From: a virus
IMG/VR virus record: IMGVR_UViG_3300049427_000004
Location: 96,001-160,000 of that record
Strand: one strand, 5' to 3'
Length of the DNA: 64,000 nt
Below, piece by piece: positions 49,042 through 58,882 of this stretch. Numbering within the stretch: the stretch's first letter is position 1; each line of letters opens with the position of its first letter. The notes beneath the pieces are model-generated. The model did not search any database, was not told the origin of the DNA, and saw nothing but the letters and a program-made list of their open reading frames with translations. The translations under genes and the position numbers were made by a program.

Positions 49042-49332
49042 GTGGCAGTAGGTGACACAATAAGCAACTTGTCAGTTTCAGTTGCTACTAACGCAGTGAT
49101 TAGTATACAACCACCATCAGGAAGCGAATGGATCATTCAAAACGTCTATTATGGTGGGGCTATTGAATTTTACATAGCTAACGGAGCGAACTTAGTAAAG
49201 TTCGACTCAGATTCAGGTTTCGGAGCAAGACTGATCACTGTGTTTCGTTGTACAAACACACAATATCTCCAAATTAAAAATGTATCAGGTGCTTCCATTA
49301 ATATAGCATATGATGGATTAGTATCTAAGTAG
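49042..49332 (+). CDS. hypothetical beta-rich protein
   Basis: 96 aa; IQPPSGSEWIIQNVYY. Confidence 0.65.
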   Translation: MAVGDTISNLSVSVATNAVISIQPPSGSEWIIQNVYYGGAIEFYIANGANLVKFDSDSGFGARLITVFRCTNTQYLQIKNVSGASINIAYDGLVSK

Positions 49333-49340
49333 GTGATTAT

Positions 49341-49574
49341 ATGAGATTTGAACTTGTTAATGTTGCCGAGAGTTTACAGACAAGAGGAATTGATTTATCA
49401 ACAGGCTCTGGAGTAGACACACTTTTGGCTAATCTTAGAACTGTTGCATCAATAGACTCATGGAGCTATAGCTTTGAGCAAGACAAGCTGACAATAGAAG
49501 CATATGCAGGAACATTGTTGGATGCCTTTTTAGAATTTGGGGAGGTTGTTCTAGATGACAGTTCTTTGGGGTGA
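49341..49574 (+). CDS. hypothetical protein
   Basis: 77 aa, SD AGGTGA. Confidence 0.6.
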   Translation: MRFELVNVAESLQTRGIDLSTGSGVDTLLANLRTVASIDSWSYSFEQDKLTIEAYAGTLLDAFLEFGEVVLDDSSLG

Positions 49575-50328
49575 CACAGGTAAGACCGCAATTAGTACAC
49601 TAAAGACATATAATATTTCCTTTGCCACGCCACGTGAGTCCTTACTAACAACTCCCCTTTCGCTTCCAAGCACTGAACCAACAACGCCACAAGTTTCAGT
49701 CACTATAGGAGTCGGAGATCTACCAAATATTTTACCTAGTCCACTTGGAGTAAAATACACAGCTGCATTGTATGCTGCTGGAAAAAATACTGATGCAGCA
49801 GCACAAACTGTTAGTTGGAGAGTATTAAAGAATAATATTTCAATTGCTACAGGAACATCAAGCTCGGTTCCAACAAATCAATTTTGGACACACAGTTATT
49901 TTCAATTCTATGATGTTGTGGTTGGCGATGTTCTAGAGATTAAGTTATGGTCAGCATCAGCAAATGTAAACTATGATTATTGGGGACTTTCAGTTTATCC
50001 GACAAGACTCAACGTGGGAAAAGCAGATGTAAACAAAGATGTAGTGTACGGTTCAGGAATATTTGCTGCTTTAATTTCTGGAACTGCTTCAGTTAACTTG
50101 AGCGTAAGTGCTCTATTGTACGCATCGGATTCACTTTCACTCAACTTCGGTTTTGCAGCCAACCTTACTTTTGGTGCTCTACATTGGAACAATACATATT
50201 ATGCTTTTAGAATTGATTTAGGTGATAGTCAGCAAACAACAACTACTGTAGCTCATGCAACGGCTAGACCGCATTATAGACGTAATATTATACCTAGTTC
50301 TATTTCATTTCGCGAAGTTTTGAGGTGA
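49555..50328 (+). CDS. hypothetical beta-rich putative virion protein
   Basis: 257 aa, SD GGGGAGG. Confidence 0.6.
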   Translation: MTVLWGDTGKTAISTLKTYNISFATPRESLLTTPLSLPSTEPTTPQVSVTIGVGDLPNILPSPLGVKYTAALYAAGKNTDAAAQTVSWRVLKNNISIATGTSSSVPTNQFWTHSYFQFYDVVVGDVLEIKLWSASANVNYDYWGLSVYPTRLNVGKADVNKDVVYGSGIFAALISGTASVNLSVSALLYASDSLSLNFGFAANLTFGALHWNNTYYAFRIDLGDSQQTTTTVAHATARPHYRRNIIPSSISFREVLR

Positions 50329-50332
50329 TACG

Positions 50333-50809
50333 GTGCGTTTAACTGAACGTGGACAGACTATTGTTGCTAATGCGCTGACGGAAAGAGGCCATTTTGTAAT
50401 AAAAAAAATTACAGAACGTGGTCAAATAATTTTCGGAAAAAATGTAGGGGTATCAGGATCTGTGAGCATTCCTACGAGACAAATTATCTCTGAAACATCC
50501 TCAGCATTGATTCCTACATCCCAAAGGCTATATAAAGTTTCAACCAATAATTATAAGACAGTGCAATCTATATATAAAATTGGATTAATAGCAATTCCTA
50601 TTAAACTAAAAACATATTATAAATCAAGATTTGAACTATCAATCTATATATGTGTTTTTAGCACAAACGCAATTACCATTCCGACTAGACAAATATTATT
50701 TGAAGAAGAACAGTTAATTGGAATTGTTAACCTTAGCGGTCAACAAATATTAAATGTGAGTTTGAATGGTTATTCCGAACTCAATGTCACATTGCGAGGG
50801 GAGTTATAA
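50333..50809 (+). CDS. hypothetical protein with triple TERG and double PTRQI repeats
   Basis: MRLTERG..LTERG..ITERG; PTRQI twice. Confidence 0.5.
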   Translation: MRLTERGQTIVANALTERGHFVIKKITERGQIIFGKNVGVSGSVSIPTRQIISETSSALIPTSQRLYKVSTNNYKTVQSIYKIGLIAIPIKLKTYYKSRFELSIYICVFSTNAITIPTRQILFEEEQLIGIVNLSGQQILNVSLNGYSELNVTLRGEL

Positions 50810-51241
50810 TTGACAAAACTAAACCAGAATTTCGAAATGTTTGATGGTAACACAAAAAACATAATTATCAATTCTTACAATTCAAATAATGAATTGATTG
50901 ATCTAAATGGCGCAAGAGTCAGATGGGTATTAAAAACTTCATCTAAGAAGTTAGAAAATGTTATTGAAAAAACAATGAGCAATGGTATTACTATCGAAGG
51001 CTTAGGCAAGATCAAGATTAAACTTAATTCTAGCGACACACGTGGACTTTGTGGAAATTATCATCATGCATGTGAATTGATTGATTCCTTCGATAATGTT
51101 TCAACCCTCTTAATTGGTTTGGTAACAATAAAAGATAGTGGTTTACCAGCAGAAGACGAAGGTATTCCAGATGCAGATGGTGGTACGTTTTTAATTTTTG
51201 ATGATACTGTAGTTTTTGATGGAGGTATATTTAATGTCTAA
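50810..51241 (+). CDS. BppU-N-like baseplate/adaptor domain protein
   Basis: IDLNGARVRWVLK..GKIKIKLNSSDT..GNYHHACELID. Confidence 0.6.
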   Translation: MTKLNQNFEMFDGNTKNIIINSYNSNNELIDLNGARVRWVLKTSSKKLENVIEKTMSNGITIEGLGKIKIKLNSSDTRGLCGNYHHACELIDSFDNVSTLLIGLVTIKDSGLPAEDEGIPDADGGTFLIFDDTVVFDGGIFNV

Positions 51242-54200
51242 GATTCTAGCTAAGATTCAAATAAAAAGAGGTCTTAAAATAGACTTGCCAGTTCTGGATA
51301 ATGGTGAGTTTGGTTTTTGTAATGATACTAAAGAATTATTCATTGGAACTACATCAGGAAATTTGATGATATTTCCTGTAAATAATTCAGGCGGCTCAAT
51401 TACCGTAGTCGATAGCACAATAAATGGAAATATAGTTGTTAATGGAGTTCAAATTAAGGTGTTCGATGATTCCTTAATACAAGAATCACTTTCAAACAAA
51501 GCAGATATTAATCACTCTCATCAAGAATTACATAATCATGCAAATTCACTCGTTATAAATGAGCTTTCAAATACTGATGGAAGATTGACATACAACGGTC
51601 AACAAATTCCATTTACTGATGATATTCCTGATGTACAGGTTATTGATGATAATTCAACGACTAGTACCACAAAAACATGGAGCGCTGAAAAAATAAATAC
51701 GTCAATGGCTTTGAAAGCACCTACTATTCACTATCATTCTATAGATGATATTCAAGGTGTTGATGCTTCAGCAAAAGTTAATGGCTATGTTCTTCAGTTT
51801 GACGCTTCTGTTGGCAAGTATTTGTCGAAAGCACTCCCTGCTGGTAATGGAACTGGTGCTACAAGTCTTAGTGGATTATCAGACGTAGATGATTCTGTTA
51901 CTCCACAAGAAGGTGATCGTTTAGCTTTTGAAGGTGGTCTTTGGAAACCGAAAAAAGGAAGCGATCTATTACAATTTAATAATACTTATCAAATTGAGTT
52001 AGATAGATGGCATATCAAACGAGATGGTACTGACTCCGTTGCTACAGGAAAAGGCATTAATGATGCAATACAATGGGCGAAAACCAACGGTTATAATCAC
52101 GCTGTTTTGCCAAATGGTTATTATAGAGCAACCTTAAACATTATCAAGAAAAACGGTGTTGATTACCTGAATGGTTATTTTCATAGCTTAGTTAGAATGC
52201 CAAGTGATTTTCACTTTGAGTTGAGCAGAGAAGCTATAATTGAAATTGAATCCAATTCAAGTGGTAATCATGAGGTTATTCTATTTTATAGAGCTATAAA
52301 TTCAAAAGTATCAGGTGGAAAGATAATTGGAGATCGTAAAAGACATATATCTGAACTTGGTATTAAATTTGTAAGAGGTGGAGTAAACCCTGATGGCTCT
52401 TTAAATAATGATATTAATTGGATACGCAGTGAAGTAATTGATCGATATAAAGATCCAATTTTGACAAAGCTTTTCAGAATATGGTCAAACACTTCCTTGC
52501 CAAATGTTACTGGATATAATTTTTATCAATACAAAGATACTATTTCAGCATTAACTTTGGTAGGCAGTCGAACTGATGGCCTATTTGCACCAACTGCGCC
52601 TACAGGTCGAGGATGGTTTGAAGGAGATAGACTTGATTTAAACAATAAGTTAATTATATCAATGAATATTTCAAACAACCCTTTAACTGATACACAACTT
52701 TCAAATTTAAAGGTAAAGCTAGATAATCAATATTACACCCATGAAAGTGGTCATGCTATTGCTATATTTGGTGGCTATAAGGTAGAGGTTAGCAACATGG
52801 AACTGTGTAATATGATAGGCGATGGTGTACTAACAGGTACTGCCTATGATTATAGAGCAGACGGAGTTTATGACCTAGTAGCTCTTAAAGATCAAATTGG
52901 TTCATTTATCTATCTGCATGATCTAAATATTCATCGCTGCCGCAGACAAGGAATTTCCTTATGTGGGCAAAATGATCAATTTGTTTACAATAATGAGATC
53001 CATCACATTGGTAAAGATGACGATGGAGTAACTTCAGATTTTACAGCTCCTGCTTTTGGAATTGACATAGAATCAATGGCTGGAGAAAGCAATATCCCAT
53101 ACAAACACCTTTACTTTGGAAGAGATGGATTAGAAGTGAATTATAGAATTCATATATATAATAACTATATTCATCACAATGAAAGAGGTCACCTAGTCAA
53201 TCCAGATGGTACTTATGTAACAGTGGAAAACAATGTTTTTGAAGGATACAACATTGGTGGTGTAAGTTCAGATCGTCGATTCAAGCATGTAAAATTCTTA
53301 AATAACACTCTAATCAATTGTGAGCAATGGGTAACTGGCGACAACATTGTAAACGGAACAAAAATTGAGGGTGGAAATATGAGGCTCATGGATATTGAAG
53401 GAGCCTTCATTAAAGATGTAAAAATTAAAGACGGAATGTTTTACGGTAGTGCAGTTTATGGACACTTTGGTGTTCCTCAAGTTGATGTTTCTACAAGCAC
53501 CTTTACCTTCACCAGAGAACATGGTATGGGAAATACAGCAAAGGTTTGTTTTGATAGTTGGGAAGGCAAGATTCCAAAAGGATTGAAATCAGATACCATT
53601 TATTATGTTATCAATAAGACTACTTATGGTTTTCAGGTATCTGAAACTGAAAATGGAAAGGCTGTAGTTTTCTACGATTCGGGTGAAAATGGATTTACAG
53701 TTTCCAGATACAACTACGGAAGAGTTTTCATAGATGGCGTAACAGTTGAAAGGGATTTTAAAACAGACTCCAAAGTTGCTTTTTACCCTGCTACATCAGG
53801 TGGTGTCATCAAAAACATAACAGTAAAAAACTATGATGTTACTATCGATGGCGGTTCCAAGGATTATGCAGGTAGGCCAGTTTCTGTTGACAATTTAACA
53901 GTAATTGAAGGCAAAACAACACTAAGCAACTGTCAGGTAAATGGTGGGAGGTTCATTTCAAATACTTACAATGATGTGTATTTGGGTACAGTAACTGATT
54001 ATAATAAATATCAACGTGCTGAAATAACAAACTCCACATTTATCAACCAAAAGATTTTCATGGGTGAAAGCACTATTAGTAACAGCACAATAAAAAAAAG
54101 TGTGGTTCACAAAGAAAATAATAGATTCAAATCTATTATAATTAACAGCTACTTACAGAATACAGAGGCCAATCTCAGATTCGTAGCAGCCGATAAATCT

Positions 54201-55979
54201 TTAATGATCGCTAAGAGCGTATTAGATAATTTCACTTCAGTTGTTACTTCATCAAGCGCTAGTGCACTCACGTTACTAGACAATACGAATATTACTGGAC
54301 TAACCGTTGACAACGCACCTCAAATTTTAAATGTAAGCCCTCAACCAGCAATTTTCCCATCACAGCAATCTGTAATTATTACAGCTAATCAATCAATTGT
54401 AATAAGATACACAATCGACGGTACTGATCCTACAATAAACAGTCCTCAATATTTGCAACCAATCGTAATAGCATCACCAATTATTCTTAGAGCTATCGGA
54501 CTTGATGGTAGTAATAATATAGTTGCGAGAAAATCTTGGTTCTATGATGTCGATTTAATTCCAGCTAATGATGTAACCAACCTAACTGCTAGTGAAATTA
54601 GAAATAGTCAAGTTACGCTCGTATGGAGTGCAAGTACATCAAATGATGTGGTAAATTATGAAATCTATAATGCTTCAAATAAAATCGGAGTTACTACTGA
54701 TACCACTTATATTGCTACTGCATTATTAGCTAACACATCATATGACCTTGTAGTTAAAGTGGTTGATAAAGCTGGTCATGTATCAACTGGTGCATCAATC
54801 AACGTAACTACTAGTGGCGACTTAATTCCTCCAGAAGACGTAACTGATATTCAAGCTAGTCACTTAAGCGATACTGTAATTGGTTTAACATGGATTCCAA
54901 GTGTTGCCAATGATGTTGCCTCCTATCAAGTATTCAATGGCGAGTCATTGCTTGGAGAGTCTAAGTCAGCTAACTTTAGTATTAGCAATCTTACTCCATC
55001 GACACCTTACACGTTTAAAGTAGTTGCTAAAGACGTAAATGGTAATGTTGCAGCTGGTACTACAAAACAAATTACTACTCTCGCGCAAAGCCCACTACAA
55101 TCAACAGGGTATGTGAAAAATGGCTTAGTTATGTTTAATGAGAACGTACCTAATAATTCAATTGTTACACACAAAGATAGTTATTTTGTCGGAGAAAGTG
55201 ACTTTACGTTTGTTGCATTGTTAAAAGTACCTGAAAATACAACTGGGACAATAATTGATCGAAGAGTACTAGGCAGTGATCCTAACACAACTATATCTAT
55301 TTCTTCTACAGTTGGTTCAAGTGGGGATTATTCGTATATACTTGTTCGATGGACTACTAAGAGTAAAGTTGATGGAACTTATAAAACGTATGTATTATCA
55401 TCTGATGACACTGATTTACGTAGTGAGTCGCCTTCAGGAATGCTCTATCAATTGGCTGTACGCAAAGACTCAGGTAGTTTCAAGTTATTCTTAAATGGTG
55501 TGGATCATATTATCAAAGCTCCTGTAGTAACAACATCCATTGATCCCAAGTATATAAACGGAAATGCAGGATCGACAACTCCATTAACTATTGGCAAAAG
55601 CGGTCAATCGAATGTATTTAAGATTATCGCTTACTACAATAGAGCACTTACTGCTGAAGAAATCATGCAAAATCATACGAACTTGTCAGATCTTAATCCT
55701 CCAAGTGATGTGACCAATTTAGCTGCTACTTCTACCTTAGCAGGAGAGGCTACATTAACATGGAATGATCCAGCAATTTCTGATGTACATTCTAAGAATG
55801 TTTATTACAAACTGTCTAATTCGTCAACTTGGATTAAAGCTAATACTCAAAAGATCGTAGGCCAATCTTATCAATTGACAGGTTTGGCTAGTGGACAACA
55901 ATATGACCTTGAGGTTAAAGTAGTAGACACCTCAACAAATATTAGTGCTGGCGCTAGAACAAATGTAACTCCGCTTTAA
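51234..55979 (+). CDS. tail spike/fibre with pectate-lyase-like beta helix, FN3 repeats and LamG-like domain
   Basis: N-terminal KIQIKRG..LDNGEFGFCNDTKELFIG anchor; IHRCRRQGIS, GIDIE, NNYIHHN beta-helix repeats; YTIDGTDP; three FN3-like PxDVTNL repeats. Confidence 0.8.
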   Translation: MSKILAKIQIKRGLKIDLPVLDNGEFGFCNDTKELFIGTTSGNLMIFPVNNSGGSITVVDSTINGNIVVNGVQIKVFDDSLIQESLSNKADINHSHQELHNHANSLVINELSNTDGRLTYNGQQIPFTDDIPDVQVIDDNSTTSTTKTWSAEKINTSMALKAPTIHYHSIDDIQGVDASAKVNGYVLQFDASVGKYLSKALPAGNGTGATSLSGLSDVDDSVTPQEGDRLAFEGGLWKPKKGSDLLQFNNTYQIELDRWHIKRDGTDSVATGKGINDAIQWAKTNGYNHAVLPNGYYRATLNIIKKNGVDYLNGYFHSLVRMPSDFHFELSREAIIEIESNSSGNHEVILFYRAINSKVSGGKIIGDRKRHISELGIKFVRGGVNPDGSLNNDINWIRSEVIDRYKDPILTKLFRIWSNTSLPNVTGYNFYQYKDTISALTLVGSRTDGLFAPTAPTGRGWFEGDRLDLNNKLIISMNISNNPLTDTQLSNLKVKLDNQYYTHESGHAIAIFGGYKVEVSNMELCNMIGDGVLTGTAYDYRADGVYDLVALKDQIGSFIYLHDLNIHRCRRQGISLCGQNDQFVYNNEIHHIGKDDDGVTSDFTAPAFGIDIESMAGESNIPYKHLYFGRDGLEVNYRIHIYNNYIHHNERGHLVNPDGTYVTVENNVFEGYNIGGVSSDRRFKHVKFLNNTLINCEQWVTGDNIVNGTKIEGGNMRLMDIEGAFIKDVKIKDGMFYGSAVYGHFGVPQVDVSTSTFTFTREHGMGNTAKVCFDSWEGKIPKGLKSDTIYYVINKTTYGFQVSETENGKAVVFYDSGENGFTVSRYNYGRVFIDGVTVERDFKTDSKVAFYPATSGGVIKNITVKNYDVTIDGGSKDYAGRPVSVDNLTVIEGKTTLSNCQVNGGRFISNTYNDVYLGTVTDYNKYQRAEITNSTFINQKIFMGESTISNSTIKKSVVHKENNRFKSIIINSYLQNTEANLRFVAADKSLMIAKSVLDNFTSVVTSSSASALTLLDNTNITGLTVDNAPQILNVSPQPAIFPSQQSVIITANQSIVIRYTIDGTDPTINSPQYLQPIVIASPIILRAIGLDGSNNIVARKSWFYDVDLIPANDVTNLTASEIRNSQVTLVWSASTSNDVVNYEIYNASNKIGVTTDTTYIATALLANTSYDLVVKVVDKAGHVSTGASINVTTSGDLIPPEDVTDIQASHLSDTVIGLTWIPSVANDVASYQVFNGESLLGESKSANFSISNLTPSTPYTFKVVAKDVNGNVAAGTTKQITTLAQSPLQSTGYVKNGLVMFNENVPNNSIVTHKDSYFVGESDFTFVALLKVPENTTGTIIDRRVLGSDPNTTISISSTVGSSGDYSYILVRWTTKSKVDGTYKTYVLSSDDTDLRSESPSGMLYQLAVRKDSGSFKLFLNGVDHIIKAPVVTTSIDPKYINGNAGSTTPLTIGKSGQSNVFKIIAYYNRALTAEEIMQNHTNLSDLNPPSDVTNLAATSTLAGEATLTWNDPAISDVHSKNVYYKLSNSSTWIKANTQKIVGQSYQLTGLASGQQYDLEVKVVDTSTNISAGARTNVTPL

Positions 55980-56152
55980 AATGTAGCCTCAGTTCATCTA
56001 CAGGAGAAAGTAAGCCCTCTCTTGTAGATGAATACTAATAAAACAATAAATCGAAATTATATTAAAAAAATACATATTGCCTAAGAGCCTAAAATCATGT
56101 ATTCTTTATTAAGAACAAATTGATCTTTAAAAAGAATGCATAGGAGGGGCAA

Positions 56153-57331
56153 ATGAAAACCGATCAAAGATTTACGCAATTAGATTCTTTACGAGGACTG
56201 GCTGCCCTATTTGTCGTGTTTCTACATATTTCTCTAATCTTCCCAGAAACACACCTGTCAAAGTTACTGCTTGAGTACAGCCCGTTAAGATTATTAGTTT
56301 CTGGCTCTGAAGCTGTAATATTGTTTTTCGTGCTAAGTGGATTTGTTTTATCGAGGCCGTTCTATACAAATTCTAATTCTAACTATTTCACATTCCTAAT
56401 AAAACGCATATTGAGAATATATAGCCCTTATATATTTGCAGTTATTTTATCGATCTTATGCGCGAGAATTTTTTATCAGGGGAAAATAGAGGGTTTAAGT
56501 GACTGGTTTAATGTGATATGGACTGGGAAAATCTCAGGTATAGTGGTGACAGACCATCTGCTCTTGGTAAAAACCTTTTTGAGCAATTTAAATCCAGTGA
56601 TATGGTCATTAGTTCATGAGATGAGAATTTCTATTATTTTTCCTTTAATAATGATTTTTATTGTAAAGATGAACTGGAAAAAAGGAGTGTTGTTTGGAAT
56701 TTCCTTATCGCTTCTAAGCACCATACTTTTTCTAACTTTTAAAGTGGGCAATGACGGAGTTGAAATGATTAACACTTTACATTACACTTCTATGTTTGTA
56801 TTAGGTGCAATAATATCGAAATACTTCTCATCTATAACTAATCGAGTTATCAAAATGAGTAGAATTCAGAAATTCTTATTATTCGGTTTTGGGATAATGA
56901 TGTACATCTATGCCAAACCTTCTTTCGTAATTGCGACATTCATCTATCCCGACATAGCACCTTTCTATAGAACTGTTCTAGATAGTTGGTTTGTTGCAGT
57001 TGGGTCAATGATTCTTATTGTTTTCTCTGTATCTTCTCGATTATTTTCAAAAATTTTAACTTTTAGCCCAATTAGATACTTAGGGAAAATATCGTACAGT
57101 CTTTACCTTTCCCACATTCTAGTCTTAGTGTCAATGTTCCAGCTATTACATGGGGCAGTTCCTGTTTTGTTAATATGTCTACTAAGTTTAGTGACTTCAA
57201 TTGCCATATCAAGCCTTATGTATCATTTCATTGAGTTACCATCAATAACTCTAAGTAAAAGGTTGACAAAGAAAATAGGAACGTTTCGAAACACTGGATC
57301 AGAAATTGTTCCCAAGTCAGTTGTTAAGTAA
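56153..57331 (+). CDS. acyltransferase-3 family membrane O-acetyltransferase (OafA-like)
   Basis: LDSLRGLAALFVVFLH, AVILFFVLSGFV, KRILRIY, WSLVHEM, LGKISYSLYLSH; ~10 TM helices. Confidence 0.9.
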   Translation: MKTDQRFTQLDSLRGLAALFVVFLHISLIFPETHLSKLLLEYSPLRLLVSGSEAVILFFVLSGFVLSRPFYTNSNSNYFTFLIKRILRIYSPYIFAVILSILCARIFYQGKIEGLSDWFNVIWTGKISGIVVTDHLLLVKTFLSNLNPVIWSLVHEMRISIIFPLIMIFIVKMNWKKGVLFGISLSLLSTILFLTFKVGNDGVEMINTLHYTSMFVLGAIISKYFSSITNRVIKMSRIQKFLLFGFGIMMYIYAKPSFVIATFIYPDIAPFYRTVLDSWFVAVGSMILIVFSVSSRLFSKILTFSPIRYLGKISYSLYLSHILVLVSMFQLLHGAVPVLLICLLSLVTSIAISSLMYHFIELPSITLSKRLTKKIGTFRNTGSEIVPKSVVK

Positions 57332-57361
57332 TTATCAGACTTCGACACGGAGGTAAGTAGA

Positions 57362-57541
57362 TTGAAGAACATTTTGGGGATATTGTTAGTAGCGATGTTT
57401 CTTTACTTGTTTTCCACACTTATTATGATACCACCAGATAATCATGGCGAAACCAATATTAAGTCGCACACATTAACAGCTAAAACATATTATTATGATG
57501 CTACAAAAAGAGAAAATGGTAAATGGGTTGAATTCCCGTAA
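57362..57541 (+). CDS. small exported peptide, 59 aa (not in ORF track)
   Basis: MKNILGILLVAMFLYLFSTLIMIPPDNHGETNIKSHTLTAKTYYYDATKRENGKWVEFP*; TTG start behind GGAGGT. Confidence 0.55.
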   Translation: MKNILGILLVAMFLYLFSTLIMIPPDNHGETNIKSHTLTAKTYYYDATKRENGKWVEFP

Positions 57542-57738
57542 AACACTTTGCTCATAAAACTATTCTTTCATGAGGAATATGGTTAGAAATTAGTCAATGT
57601 TTATAAGGGTTTTCAAAAAGGAGATTTCTCATCCTGAGGAGTCTTTTTTTAATTAGGAATTGAAATAAAATAAAACATCAGTTCATCAACAATTAGGTGT
57701 TAGTGAACTGATGTTTTATTTTATTCGCATGTAGTTAA

Positions 57739-57948
57739 TCATTTCTTATGAACAATAACATCTGTTATTTTACAATCAAGTATAATACATATGTCATCAA
57801 TAATTTTCATTGATATGTATTCGTTTTTCCACATCTTTGCTGCGGTAGAAGGAGAGATTTCCATCATATTAATGAACTCCATCTTGGAGATGTTTTTAGT
57901 AATCAAAAGATGCTGTAACGGCTCAAAACTTATCACAAATATTGACAT
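57739..57948 (-). CDS. Cro/C1-type HTH regulator (YozG-like)
   Basis: ISFEPLQHLL..SPSTAAKMWKNEYISMKIIDDICIILDCKITDVI; true start may be GTG 57936. Confidence 0.8.
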   Translation of the reverse strand: MSIFVISFEPLQHLLITKNISKMEFINMMEISPSTAAKMWKNEYISMKIIDDICIILDCKITDVIVHKK

Positions 57949-58145
57949 CTCCTTTCAATCTTTAAAAGCATAACACAATATTTATATGCATAAAATGGAT
58001 TTTCGACATGTTGCAACTATTTACGACATATCAAATATATTTCCAACTTCTCGTTGACGATGCTTGTCTACAATGGTAATATGTGTATACGAGATAGTGT
58101 AAATATTTACGCCTTCTTATAAATCTCCAAGGGGATGATAACAGC

Positions 58146-58376
58146 ATGAGTCCAGACATCGATCTCGCTGAGAGTGATGCAAAAGAGCTAATAAGATTGA
58201 TCAAATATTATGCATTGGAACAAACTGAGGATTATCTGTTTCCATGTGGATTAGTGGATAGTGAGTTGTGGACTGAAGAAGTTCATAAGGCATATTGGGG
58301 AAAGTATTGGGATGGGGATCTGGATAGGTTAGGTTGGACAGTTGTTGCTTGTTTTGATTATTTTTATCCTTTGTAG
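58146..58376 (+). CDS. hypothetical protein
   Basis: 76 aa, SD AAGGGGA. Confidence 0.55.
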   Translation: MSPDIDLAESDAKELIRLIKYYALEQTEDYLFPCGLVDSELWTEEVHKAYWGKYWDGDLDRLGWTVVACFDYFYPL

Positions 58377-58693
58377 TGTGGAAGAGGAATCATACATAGA
58401 TAACAGGATAGGTAAAGTTGAGGAGTCTTCTGGGAAGGAGGCTTTTTTTGTTTGTTTATTATTGAGGATAAGCAGGAAAATTCTCCCTATATGTCGAAAA
58501 AAGTAGAACTAAGGGAGAGATGAGTTTCTATCTCATTTTGTTGGTAATAGTTTACTTTTACTTGGTAAAAGTGATAGAATAGAGTCAACAGTATACATGA
58601 ACATATAAGTATACCAATGTTTATATGAATGTATACATATTTTCTGAAAGTATCTCATATCTTCTTACTAGATTAATACTCTAGGAGGTAGTT

Positions 58694-58876
58694 ATGATGA
58701 GTAAAAAGAGGAGAGTGGAGAGAATGGCTACTCAGATTGCCGCAACGCCTATTATAACAGGTAAACGAGCTAGAGAGATGATTAAAGCATCTAAAAAAAA
58801 ACCAAGTGAAAAATCTAAAGCCAATGCACAAACTTTTATTGATTTTTTCAAGAAATTCGAGTCGAAGGGGAAATAA
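58694..58876 (+). CDS. putative antitoxin of a GNAT toxin
   Basis: Small basic protein (IAATPIITGKRAREMIK) immediately upstream of the GNAT gene. Confidence 0.6.
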   Translation: MMSKKRRVERMATQIAATPIITGKRAREMIKASKKKPSEKSKANAQTFIDFFKKFESKGK

Positions 58877-58882
58877 CCATAA

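Noticed and set aside
7168-56080. ATACATAT in several intergenic leaders as a possible late promoter
   Set aside because: An 8-mer of this composition is expected several times by chance in 64 kb of AT-rich DNA.
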